This document shows positions 37,749 to 46,430 of a stretch of DNA of 50,733 nucleotides, piece after piece. This DNA comes from a virus (lineage: Duplodnaviria; Caudoviricetes). The notes beneath the pieces are model-generated. The model worked only from the letters and a program-made list of their open reading frames with translations, did not search any database and was not told the origin of the DNA. Position numbers and translations under genes: made by a program. The DNA lies in IMG/VR virus record IMGVR_UViG_3300042922_000711, positions 1 through 50,733 of that record; one strand, given 5' to 3'. Position 1 is the first letter of the stretch. Each line of letters opens with the position of its first letter.

Positions 37749-38703
37749 GATAGATTTAATAATTCAAAATGGTAACTCAATACAAATACCAGCCCTGGAA
37801 GAGCCTATTGCTTGGGAAACTACAAGAGCTGGCGCACCTGGTAAATTGACTTTTACAGTAGTCAAGGATCCTACTCTTAACTTCCAGGAAGGTAATCCGG
37901 TATCTTTTAAAAAAGACGGTAAAGATGTGTTTTATGGCTTCATCTTCACCAAGAAAAGAAATAAAGGTCCAACAATCGAAGTCACGGCTTATGATCAGCT
38001 CAGGTATTTTAGGAATAAAGATATATATATAATTGAGAATGAGACTGCTAGTGATTTCCACAAGAGGCTTATATCCGACTTCCAACTAAGAGCTGGCACC
38101 ATTGAAGACACGAAATATGTTATTCCTTCAAGGACGGAAGCCAACAAGACATTGTTTGATATGTCTCAAAACACATTGGATATAACTCTCACGAATACAA
38201 AAGAGATGTTTGTATTGTATGATGACTTCGGCAAGCTGGCGCTTAAAAATATCAATTCTATGAAGGTTGATTTTCTTGTTGACGATGAAACAGGTGAAGA
38301 TTTTGATTATACTTCATCAATTGATTCTCAAACTTATAATAAAATTAAATTAGCTTATGACAACACGAAAACGGGAAAAAGAGAAATTTATATTGCCAAC
38401 GAACCAAATAATATAAATAACTGGGGCGTGCTGCAATATTTTGAAATGATCGAAGAGCAAACAAACGGACAAGTAAAAGCCGATGCGCTATTATCCCTTT
38501 ACAACCGAAAAACAAGACATTTGAAGCTTAAAAATATAATAGGGGATGTAAGAGTCAGGGGTGGTAGTTTGATTGTCGTAAATCTCAATTTAGGGGATAT
38601 AACTGTCAAGAATTACATGATGGTTGAGAACGCAAAGCATAATTTCAAACACGGCGAACACTTCATGGATTTGACTGTTAGAGGCGGTGATTTTATTGCG
38701 TAA
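37741..38703 (+). CDS. Baseplate hub (XkdQ-like)
   Basis: AYDQLRY, YDDFGKL, WGVLQYFE; synteny. Confidence 0.85.
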   Translation: MDKIDLIIQNGNSIQIPALEEPIAWETTRAGAPGKLTFTVVKDPTLNFQEGNPVSFKKDGKDVFYGFIFTKKRNKGPTIEVTAYDQLRYFRNKDIYIIENETASDFHKRLISDFQLRAGTIEDTKYVIPSRTEANKTLFDMSQNTLDITLTNTKEMFVLYDDFGKLALKNINSMKVDFLVDDETGEDFDYTSSIDSQTYNKIKLAYDNTKTGKREIYIANEPNNINNWGVLQYFEMIEEQTNGQVKADALLSLYNRKTRHLKLKNIIGDVRVRGGSLIVVNLNLGDITVKNYMMVENAKHNFKHGEHFMDLTVRGGDFIA

Positions 38704-39136
38704 CATGAATGATGTGACTAAATTATTTAAACGTGCTGCCGTTGACGCAACTATGGCATCTGATCCAATGGCACTCGTGGTCGGTACTGTATTAAGTATT
38801 GCACCTCTTAAAGTGAATATTGAACAGAAGTTAACTTTAGGGGCAGCACAATTGCTTTTAACGAACAATGTTGTTGACCATGATGTAAGTGTAACAATTG
38901 ACTGGTCAACTGAAGAAATAACGCATAATCACGGCTATAGTGGCGTAACCGGTACGAGTGATTTGCACACCCATAGTTACAGTGGAGCAACTCAGGACAA
39001 CACTCATGGCCACGCTGTAACCGGCACTAAGATAATAAAAGTACACAATGCGTTAAAAGCTGGTGATATGGTGATGCTCTTGAGAATGCAGGGTGGACAA
39101 AAATATTTAGTAATTGATAAGGTGGTGGTAGCTTGA
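38687..39136 (+). CDS. Spike-like protein (XkdR/DUF2577-like) with His-rich insert
   Basis: LKAGDMV.LLR.QGGQKY; three HxH motifs. Confidence 0.75.
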   Translation: MILLRNMNDVTKLFKRAAVDATMASDPMALVVGTVLSIAPLKVNIEQKLTLGAAQLLLTNNVVDHDVSVTIDWSTEEITHNHGYSGVTGTSDLHTHSYSGATQDNTHGHAVTGTKIIKVHNALKAGDMVMLLRMQGGQKYLVIDKVVVA

Positions 39137-39531
39137 TTCCAGTAGTTGATGATCTACAACCTGATTTTGAAATAGAAACACAGCCTAGTAAGGCTTTTAA
39201 AATAAATTTTGATAAGCATAGGATGATTGGCTTCACAGATGGAATTGAAGCTGTCATACAGGCCATATTTTTAATTTTAAACACAGAAAGATATGAACGT
39301 GTAATATTCTCTTGGGATTATGGAATTGAGCTTGTTGACCTATTTGGACAGCCGATTCCTTTTGTTTTACCTGAGCTTAAAAGACGTATTACAGAAGCGC
39401 TCCTGCAAGATGACAGAATTGAATCTGTTGATAATTTTAACTTTGAAATTAGCAAAAGACAGGTCAATGTTAACTTTAATGTGGGGACGATATTTGGCAC
39501 CATAAACACAGAAAAGGTGGTGAACGTGTAA
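39133..39531 (+). CDS. Baseplate wedge (XkdS-like)
   Basis: TERY..IFSWDYGIEL, EALLQDDRI. Confidence 0.85.
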   Translation: MIPVVDDLQPDFEIETQPSKAFKINFDKHRMIGFTDGIEAVIQAIFLILNTERYERVIFSWDYGIELVDLFGQPIPFVLPELKRRITEALLQDDRIESVDNFNFEISKRQVNVNFNVGTIFGTINTEKVVNV

Positions 39532-40587
39532 ATGTTCGAAAATAAAACTTTTGATAGTATATTACAAGATATGCTCTCCAAGGTTAACAATTCTTTTGAT
39601 AAAAGAGAAGGCTCACCAATATACTTGGCTCTTGCTCCGGCTGCGGTAGAGCTTCAACAAACTTATATTAACCTGGATGCGCTGCTTGCAGAAACTTTTG
39701 CAGATACAGCTTCAAGACGGTATTTGATTAAAAGAGCAGCGGAAAGAGGACTTGCTCCTGAGTCTGCTACAAAAGCAGTGTCAAGAGCAACTTTCAATAT
39801 GGACGTGCCAATAGGTTCAAGATTTAGCCTGGACAATTTAACCTTCGTGGCCATTGAAAAAATAGACAACTATAATTATAAGTTACAGTGTGAAACAGCA
39901 GGAGCACAAGGAAATATACTCGGAAGACTGTTGCCGATTGATTACATTGCCGGCTTAACGACAGCAGAGTTGGTTGAAGTGCTGATACCTGGCGCCGATG
40001 AAGAAGAAACTGAAGTATTCAGGCAGCGTTATTATGACGATTTAGAAACTCAGGCATTTGGGGGGAACCAAGCTGACTACAAACAAAAAACAAAAGAACT
40101 CGCTGGTGTTGGTGGAGTTAAAGTTTATCGTGCTTGGAACGGTGGTGGTACAGTTAAGCTTGTGATTATTGACAGTGTATTTAATAAGCCAACTGTTGAA
40201 TTAGTGGATGCGGTACAAACAGAAATGGATCCTGTTGTTAATCAAGGAGCCGGATTAGGTATTGCACCAATTGGTCATGTTGTTACAATTGAAGCAGTAT
40301 CCGAATTAATAATAAATGTTAGCTCTACAATAACCCTGGCTTCAGGATATGTTTGGGTGGATGTTGAAACTTACATTCAAGACGCGATTAATAGTTACTT
40401 CTTGGACCTCAAGAAGACCTGGGAAAATGAAAATGCACTTGTTGTTAGAATAAGTCAAGTTGAAAGTGCTATCCTTAAAGTAACAGGGGTTGTTGATGTT
40501 ACCGGAACAACTTTAAATGCTGGTTCCATTAATCTTATATTAACTGATGTTCAAATACCGGTATTAGGGGCGGTGACTAACATATGA
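39532..40587 (+). CDS. Baseplate J protein (XkdT-like)
   Basis: DKREGS, CETAG..GN, GGNQADY, APIGH. Confidence 0.9.
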   Translation: MFENKTFDSILQDMLSKVNNSFDKREGSPIYLALAPAAVELQQTYINLDALLAETFADTASRRYLIKRAAERGLAPESATKAVSRATFNMDVPIGSRFSLDNLTFVAIEKIDNYNYKLQCETAGAQGNILGRLLPIDYIAGLTTAELVEVLIPGADEEETEVFRQRYYDDLETQAFGGNQADYKQKTKELAGVGGVKVYRAWNGGGTVKLVIIDSVFNKPTVELVDAVQTEMDPVVNQGAGLGIAPIGHVVTIEAVSELIINVSSTITLASGYVWVDVETYIQDAINSYFLDLKKTWENENALVVRISQVESAILKVTGVVDVTGTTLNAGSINLILTDVQIPVLGAVTNI

Positions 40588-41120
40588 GTTTAAAAGATTA
40601 TTGGATTGACGAAATACAAAAGGTTCAAGAATTCCAGGCCATAGCTGATGCAATAGATCCTGAAATAACTGATATAAATACTGAGACTGAAAATCTTCTT
40701 GATGATCAGTTTATCCAGGACGCAACTGAGAACGGAATAGCTAGAAGAGAAAAAATGTTAAATATTCAGCCATTCGCTGATGATACTTTAGAAACTCGGC
40801 GCTTCAGAGTGGGTGTAAAGTGGAATAATCAGCTTCCATATACGTATAGACAGTTAGAAAAGAAACTTACAGATTTAGTTGGTTTAAATGGCTATACTAT
40901 TGTTTTAGATAATGGAGCTTATACTTTAACTGTTAGAGTTAGTTTAGGACAAAAGAGAATGTTACAAGATGCTGAACGTATGGTAGATAACATGTCACCA
41001 CAAAATTTAGTTTTAACGGTTGACTTGTTATATAACAAATATAGTGATTTAGCCGGTTATACCTATAATTATTTAGCAACAAAGACATATGACCAATTAA
41101 GAAATGAGGTGTTATATTGA
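40584..41120 (+). CDS. Baseplate protein (XkdU/YmfQ-like)
   Basis: ATENGIARREK...DTLETRR; synteny. Confidence 0.8.
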   Translation: MSLKDYWIDEIQKVQEFQAIADAIDPEITDINTETENLLDDQFIQDATENGIARREKMLNIQPFADDTLETRRFRVGVKWNNQLPYTYRQLEKKLTDLVGLNGYTIVLDNGAYTLTVRVSLGQKRMLQDAERMVDNMSPQNLVLTVDLLYNKYSDLAGYTYNYLATKTYDQLRNEVLY

Positions 41121-42256
41121 ATTATACAACTAAAGGATTTAAGCTCCCGGAAGGCTCTGAATTTTATGAGTTAGATCATGCAAATTTCAATGCTCAAAAA
41201 TCAAATGATTTGATAGTTGAATTGGAAAATTCGAGACCTAAAAAAACATTAGATAATATTTCTTATTATGTTGATGCGGTAAACGGTAGTGACGCAAATG
41301 ACGGTTTAACTCAGGCTACGGCATTTCAGCATATTTACAAAGCAATCGGAATGCTGCCACAGGTAATAAACAATGATGTTGCTATTTACGTTTATGGCGG
41401 AACGTATAATGAAATAGTATCTTTAAAAGGAATTGTGGGCGGTGGTAAAGTTACTTTACAGAGTATGAATGGTCCTATTATCACTCAAGTCCTATGGGTT
41501 ACTAATTGTACTGTAGAAGTAAGTATCGCAGGTATTACAGTGAATAGTGCTGGTTATTTATCGGAGTGTGTGCTAATAAAAAATTGTACAAGTGTTTCAT
41601 TATCAAATACTACTATTAATGGTGTAAATGTAACTCATCCAAGCGCAGTAGGTATTTTGTGCTATAAAGCGCAAGTAGGACTGTTGAATTGTACAATTAG
41701 CAACATGACAAATTGCGGTGTATTCGCACATATGAACTCGTTTGTTTCCTCACAGAGCTGTTCAGGGGTCGGAAATGCGGTAGGACTTAAAGCTTCTGAT
41801 GGGATAATCTTCAAATTAGGAACACAGCCAAGCGGCACAACTGCCCAAGAAACATTTAACGCAGGACAGATTTTCAGTCAAGATGTTGAGGAACGAATTA
41901 ACTCTTTGGATGCCAATAAAGCTAATAAAGTACAAGAAGATTGGATTACAGCTACTTTGCAAAATGGATGGACAACAGTTGACATGTATACGGCTAAATA
42001 TATGAAAGATGAATTTGGCTTTGTGCATTTGAAAGGCGAGGTCAAAGATGGTGCACTAGCTACAACAATATTGACATTACCGCCTGGATACAGACCTGAA
42101 GAGGGGGCTTTCTCTATTGGAATATTTTGCAAAAGTGGCACATCTAAAATGCTTACAGATGTTAACATTTATGCGGATACAGGCGAATTGAAAATTTGGA
42201 CAGGTGGAACAACACAAGTAATTTTAAATGGTATAACGTTTAAGGCAGGTGCTTAA
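41117..42256 (+). CDS. Tail fibre / receptor-binding protein
   Basis: Short anchor, YYVDAVNGSDANDG plus beta-helix-like middle, C-terminal WITATLQNGW...GFVHLKG...LPPGYRP domain. Confidence 0.8.
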   Translation: MNYTTKGFKLPEGSEFYELDHANFNAQKSNDLIVELENSRPKKTLDNISYYVDAVNGSDANDGLTQATAFQHIYKAIGMLPQVINNDVAIYVYGGTYNEIVSLKGIVGGGKVTLQSMNGPIITQVLWVTNCTVEVSIAGITVNSAGYLSECVLIKNCTSVSLSNTTINGVNVTHPSAVGILCYKAQVGLLNCTISNMTNCGVFAHMNSFVSSQSCSGVGNAVGLKASDGIIFKLGTQPSGTTAQETFNAGQIFSQDVEERINSLDANKANKVQEDWITATLQNGWTTVDMYTAKYMKDEFGFVHLKGEVKDGALATTILTLPPGYRPEEGAFSIGIFCKSGTSKMLTDVNIYADTGELKIWTGGTTQVILNGITFKAGA

Positions 42257-42258
42257 AA

Positions 42259-42561
42259 ATGAAAAAAGAAGTGTTTGAAGTAGATACAAACGGTTATATA
42301 TCAAAAAAATATATTAAAGTGTTTGATGAGCAAGGAAATTGCTTAGAAGAGTTAGCAGAAAATACTATTGTAACTGAAATACCAGAGGGTTTATATCGAC
42401 CAAAATGGACAGGTATAGAATGGATTGAAGATATGTCACAAGAAGAAATTGACATATTGAACAATCAACCACATGAACCAACAGAAACAGAAAAGCTACA
42501 ACAAGAATTAGCGAGCACTAATGCTATGCTACTTGAATTTATGGAATCTATGTTGATGTAG
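42259..42561 (+). CDS. Tail fibre chaperone-like protein
   Basis: PEGLYRPKWTG.EW, PTETEKLQ; synteny. Confidence 0.65.
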   Translation: MKKEVFEVDTNGYISKKYIKVFDEQGNCLEELAENTIVTEIPEGLYRPKWTGIEWIEDMSQEEIDILNNQPHEPTETEKLQQELASTNAMLLEFMESMLM

Positions 42562-42575
42562 AAGGGAGAAATAAA

Positions 42576-42782
42576 ATGGCAATAAACAATTTATTAGTAA
42601 AGGCTTATGCAGTAAATATTTACAAATACGGAAACAGGAAATTTGCAACAATTCCAACAGAATACATTGAACCTGTAAAACAGTATGCAGCTACAAATTT
42701 CACATTACAAGAATTAGATAATGCTTTAGAAAAAGGATATATAACAGAGCAAGAATACACTGAAACTTTAGCTTTAGTTTAG
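42576..42782 (+). CDS. XkdX-like small protein
   Basis: KGYITEQEY C-terminus; last tail-module gene. Confidence 0.7.
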   Translation: MAINNLLVKAYAVNIYKYGNRKFATIPTEYIEPVKQYAATNFTLQELDNALEKGYITEQEYTETLALV

Positions 42783-42802
42783 GGAACAAAAGAAAAATTT
42801 CG
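42704..42802 (+). repeat. Exact direct repeat, copy 2 (of 1-99)
   Basis: Direct comparison. Confidence 0.95.
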
Positions 42803-42874
42803 GTGTGGAAATATGTGTAAACGTGTGGTAATATAAATACATAAGCACATAGGGAACAAAACGAGGTGGATTAA

Positions 42875-43189
42875 GTGAATTATAAAAAATCATGTGATAT
42901 AAAAATTTGGTATTGGAATTACAGAGATAAAGACAATAGGTATTCACAAGATAATAAGAAAATACATTTTGAAATACTGCAAAATAATGAAAGACAAATG
43001 CTGTTAAATTACCAGATACCAAAGTTTTTAGATGGCAATAAGTTGGTAGATGAATTTTTAGCAAGCAAATTTGCAACACTAAGTTTCTTGCCGTCACTTA
43101 ATTATAATCAAGATTTTAATACGTACAGCTTAAAAGAAGAATTAATAAATTTAATCAAGGGCGATTGTGACTACAGGGTTTTTGATTAG
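42875..43189 (+). CDS. Hypothetical accessory protein
   Basis: GAGGTG RBS, GTG start, AT-rich. Confidence 0.6.
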   Translation: MNYKKSCDIKIWYWNYRDKDNRYSQDNKKIHFEILQNNERQMLLNYQIPKFLDGNKLVDEFLASKFATLSFLPSLNYNQDFNTYSLKEELINLIKGDCDYRVFD

Positions 43190-43220
43190 AAAAAAGAGGG
43201 CTTAATTAGTCCTCTTTTTC
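43189..43220. terminator. Bidirectional terminator
   Basis: GAAAAAGAGGGCT...AGTCCTCTTTTTC between convergent genes. Confidence 0.65.
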
Positions 43221-43373
43221 ATGTGTTGACAGGTATTCTTTAAGTGCTAAAGAGATAAGAGAAGACATGGTACGTTCTTCTTTCTGGCAGAATTTAATCA
43301 TTCTGTCCTGAAGCTCCTCATCCATAGTTATGTTCATTTTAAGTTTTTTCTTATCTTCTGTAAGTTTAGCCAC
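43206..43373 (-). CDS. Ribbon-helix-helix (CopG-like) protein, 55 aa (not in ORF track)
   Basis: MAKLTEDKKKLKMNITMDEELQDRMIKFCQKEERTMSSLISLALKEYL...; GGGGGTGA RBS; promoter TTGACA-17-CATAAT (43420-43392). Confidence 0.8.
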   Translation of the reverse strand: MAKLTEDKKKLKMNITMDEELQDRMIKFCQKEERTMSSLISLALKEYLSTHEKED

Positions 43374-43546
43374 AAAATCACCCCCGTACTTATTATGGTG
43401 GTATTTTGTTCCCTTGTCAATAAAAAGTTATACAAACGTTGATATTTCAACAATTTTAGAAATAGAATAATTTCGTTTACTAGAGACTTTAATATGAGGT
43501 CTCTTTTTTAATACAAAATAATAGTCCATGAGACTTAAAAAGGAGA

Positions 43547-43819
43547 GTGAACATGAATATAGCAGCAGTAAAACAAGCTTTTACATCAAAGTATGATGAA
43601 CAGATCCGCACAATAAGCAAAGAAAAAGAAGTTGACATGAGTGTTGCAATGGACATTCTTGTTGCTCATGTGAGAAATAGAAATAAGTCGGAAGAACAAT
43701 TATCAAACACTGCGTACTACTATAACTTCACAGGATGTGAAAATTTGAATTATGAAGAACTGGATGAGGAAATCAAGGCTTTAGAAGACAATTTCATAAT
43801 TCCTAAGGTAGTAGAATAA
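43547..43819 (+). CDS. Hypothetical accessory protein
   Basis: AAGGAG RBS; own terminator at 43818-43838. Confidence 0.6.
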   Translation: MNMNIAAVKQAFTSKYDEQIRTISKEKEVDMSVAMDILVAHVRNRNKSEEQLSNTAYYYNFTGCENLNYEELDEEIKALEDNFIIPKVVE

Positions 43820-43853
43820 AGAGGGGAAACCCTCTTTTAATTTGAGGTGACTA

Positions 43854-44075
43854 ATGAATAGTGAAATCATAGTTGCACTTATTGCCTTGTTTGGCACAGC
43901 ACTAGGTACAGGTGGAGGTATTGTTGTATCTAGCAAATTAACTAACTATCGAATAGAGCAGCTTGAAAAAAAGGTTGATAAGCATAATACGATAATAGAA
44001 AGAACATTTGTACTTGAAGAGCAGATAAAAGTTGCTAATCATAGGATTTGTGATTTAGAGGAAAAGGAGAAATAG
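43854..44075 (+). CDS. Holin-like (XhlA-type) protein, lysis module B
   Basis: N-terminal TM; YRIEQLEKKVDKHN. Confidence 0.75.
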   Translation: MNSEIIVALIALFGTALGTGGGIVVSSKLTNYRIEQLEKKVDKHNTIIERTFVLEEQIKVANHRICDLEEKEK

Positions 44076-44076
44076 T

Positions 44077-44307
44077 ATGAGTGAAATAAAAGAAGAAACA
44101 TTAGAAATGCTTCAGCCAGTCGAAAGAGAATTAACATTTTTACAAAGGCTTGCAAGACTTTTAAGCGTAAAAAGTTTAGTAACTGTAATTTTAACAAGTG
44201 TATTTGCTTATTTATCAATCATAGGCAAAGTAGAACCTCAACAGTTTATGACTATTTTTACTACAATTATAGCTTTTTACTTTGGGACTCAAGCAAAGAA
44301 GGAGTGA
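44077..44307 (+). CDS. Holin
   Basis: Two TMs; IIAFYFGTQ. Confidence 0.75.
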   Translation: MSEIKEETLEMLQPVERELTFLQRLARLLSVKSLVTVILTSVFAYLSIIGKVEPQQFMTIFTTIIAFYFGTQAKKE

Positions 44308-44311
44308 TATT

Positions 44312-45565
44312 ATGAATTACTTAGTAATATTGGATGCTGGCCATGGCTTGGATACATCAGGTAAGAGAACGCCTCTCTTTCCTGATGGCTCTTTCATGCG
44401 TGAAAATGAATTTAATCGTTCAGTCGTAAGAAAGATAGATGCTATTTTGGAAAAGTTTGAAAATATAGATGTGGTATTTACAACAACAGAAAAAAGAGAA
44501 ATTGGCTTACAAGAGAGAGTAATTAGAGTCAATGACTTGTATGACAAAGTAAAGAGCCTATATGATAAAATCGTCTTGGTATCGGTACATGCAAATGCAC
44601 TAACCGGATCATGGGGAACACAAAACGGAACATCAACATATCATTATCCCGGCAATCAAGTTGATAAAGAATTTGCTACAGTGATTAATAATAATTTAAT
44701 TGCTAAGACAAAGTTATTTAACAGGGGAGTATTGGAAGGTAATTTTCAAATAGTAAGGGAAGTCAAAATGCCTGCTTGCCTTTGCGAATGTGCTTTTATG
44801 GATAATTTGACAGAGGCAAAATTATTATTAACTGATGAATTCAGACAAGCATGTGCAGAAGGCATTAAAAGCGGTTTAATCGAATATTTTGGAATGAACA
44901 AGCAAATAGTCAATGTTGAATATTCTGCAACTACAAACGGCCCATATCAACTTAAGGGTAATGCAGAAGACTTTGGTGTAAAGATAGTTAATAAAAAAAA
45001 TACTGCTATTGAAGAACCCTTTTGCACAAATGGTACTTTCTTTTGGAATGATACTTTAGGAGCAAAGTATTCAACAAGTATTTTATATGCAGACGGTGTA
45101 ATTTATCAAAACTATGCAAATCACCTTCCTTGTGCTCAAAACGTATTTATAGTTTTTAAAGACGGCAGAGTAAAAATGATGAAGCTAAGAAATCTAAGCG
45201 AATTAAACTTAGATACTGTTCGTATTGCAATAGGCGGTATTGGGTTAAGGAATACGCAAGATGCTACATTCAAATATGATCCAGCAGCAGAAGGATTTGC
45301 CGGTGCCTACTCAGATGTGCTGAGAAGAACCAATAAGACGGTTATAGGATATAATGTTAAAGAAAATAAAATATGTTTGATGTGCCGAAAAAATATTATA
45401 CATAGTAGCACACTATATGATTTATTGGAACTTGTAAAAGATTGCGAATTTGATATTGCTTTATCAGTAGATGGTGGAGGCTCATCATTCATGAACAATG
45501 CTGATGAAATGGTCCTTAGTGGGGATGGAAGGGTTATTCATAATATAATTGGCTTTGGACTTTAG
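44312..45565 (+). CDS. Endolysin: Amidase_3 plus phosphodiester-glycosidase (NAGPA-like) domain
   Basis: LDAGHG, E..FN, SVHANA, CECAFM in the N-half; NGTFF, RT..TVIG, SVDGGGSS in the C-half; ATG 44312 after AAGGAG. Confidence 0.8.
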   Translation: MNYLVILDAGHGLDTSGKRTPLFPDGSFMRENEFNRSVVRKIDAILEKFENIDVVFTTTEKREIGLQERVIRVNDLYDKVKSLYDKIVLVSVHANALTGSWGTQNGTSTYHYPGNQVDKEFATVINNNLIAKTKLFNRGVLEGNFQIVREVKMPACLCECAFMDNLTEAKLLLTDEFRQACAEGIKSGLIEYFGMNKQIVNVEYSATTNGPYQLKGNAEDFGVKIVNKKNTAIEEPFCTNGTFFWNDTLGAKYSTSILYADGVIYQNYANHLPCAQNVFIVFKDGRVKMMKLRNLSELNLDTVRIAIGGIGLRNTQDATFKYDPAAEGFAGAYSDVLRRTNKTVIGYNVKENKICLMCRKNIIHSSTLYDLLELVKDCEFDIALSVDGGGSSFMNNADEMVLSGDGRVIHNIIGFGL

Positions 45566-45606
45566 GAGGTGATCCTATATCTAGTATGGTGATGCTGCCA
45601 TAAATA

Positions 45607-45640
45607 TAACCGGACATTCTGTGTCCGGTCTTTTTTATTT
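45607..45640. terminator. Terminator hairpin between convergent genes (homologue of 1511-1545)
   Basis: ACCGGACA-TTCTG-TGTCCGGT plus T run. Confidence 0.8.
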
Positions 45641-45883
45641 TTTGTACATATACCAGGTGTTAGTCTTAACCCCATACTTTAATTCGTAAATGGCACTGCC
45701 TTTATGCTGACATACAAACATAATATTGTTATTCCCAAAATTTTTGTCTTCGTATACTTTCAAAATCTTTTCTACCATTACCGGCTCATCTTCATACCAG
45801 AATTTGACCGGCTCAATTTTTCCGTCAGAGTGGAAGATGGCCATAACTTTAATAGGTTCATTTATAATTTTCAAAATAATCAC
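45635..45883 (-). CDS. Small hypothetical protein
   Basis: GAGGTG RBS; DGKIEPVKF...YELKY....W pattern. Confidence 0.65.
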   Translation of the reverse strand: MIILKIINEPIKVMAIFHSDGKIEPVKFWYEDEPVMVEKILKVYEDKNFGNNNIMFVCQHKGSAIYELKYGVKTNTWYMYKK

Positions 45884-46154
45884 CTCAAAAATATATTATC
45901 ATATAATCGCAAAAACTCCAGTAGAAAATCTAAAAACCTATCGAATAGTATAGCCATATAATAACAAAACTAAACTGTTAATATAAATAATCGACAACAT
46001 AAATAACGTTGCGTAAAACTCGATTTGTGACTTACAGATATAAAAACGTCATTTTAGAAACCACGTTCTATACGGAAAACTAAAAAGATAATGAAATATA
46101 GAAAATATACCCTCTGGGTGGTTCCTGTAGAGAAACGATTTTAATTCCATTTAT

Positions 46155-46343
46155 TCAAATCCATTTAAAATAAATCCATTTTATCAATTCTATTTCATTT
46201 TCATTAAAATCTTTCTCGGAATGGTTAAGCCAAGGGGCCATCGGCGATTCTATAATCACTTCTTTTACAGAAATCCGTTTCTTTTTCAATTTTTTCTGGA
46301 TTTTTTAAAAAATTTCTGAAATGTGGTAAGCTTGCTTACCCAT
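46155..46343 (-). pseudogene. Possible disrupted small gene (MGKQAYHISEIF*KIQ...KWI*)
   Basis: 63 codons with one internal TAA; its first 13 nt are duplicated at 47476-47464 just after the hydrolase stop. Confidence 0.4.
46331..46343 (+). repeat. 13-bp direct repeat CTTGCTTACCCAT (second copy 47464-47476) flanking recombinase B
   Basis: Exact match at both positions. Confidence 0.9.
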
Positions 46344-46430
46344 GATTACCCATGAAAAAATTATTTAAAAAATACTTGATTTGTAATTCTATTTTTCCTT
46401 AAAATGCCTGAAACAATTAAGGAGGCATTG

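Larger units (their letters stand above)
2999..45640. mobile_element. Temperate myovirus-type prophage (right boundary uncertain)
   Basis: Complete integrase-immunity-replication-packaging-head-contractile tail-lysis gene order; no attR copy found in the window. Confidence 0.9.

Noticed and set aside
41117-42256. Diversity-generating retroelement targeting the tail fibre
   Set aside because: No reverse transcriptase, and the only long repeat (99 bp) is exact, without adenine-specific mismatches.
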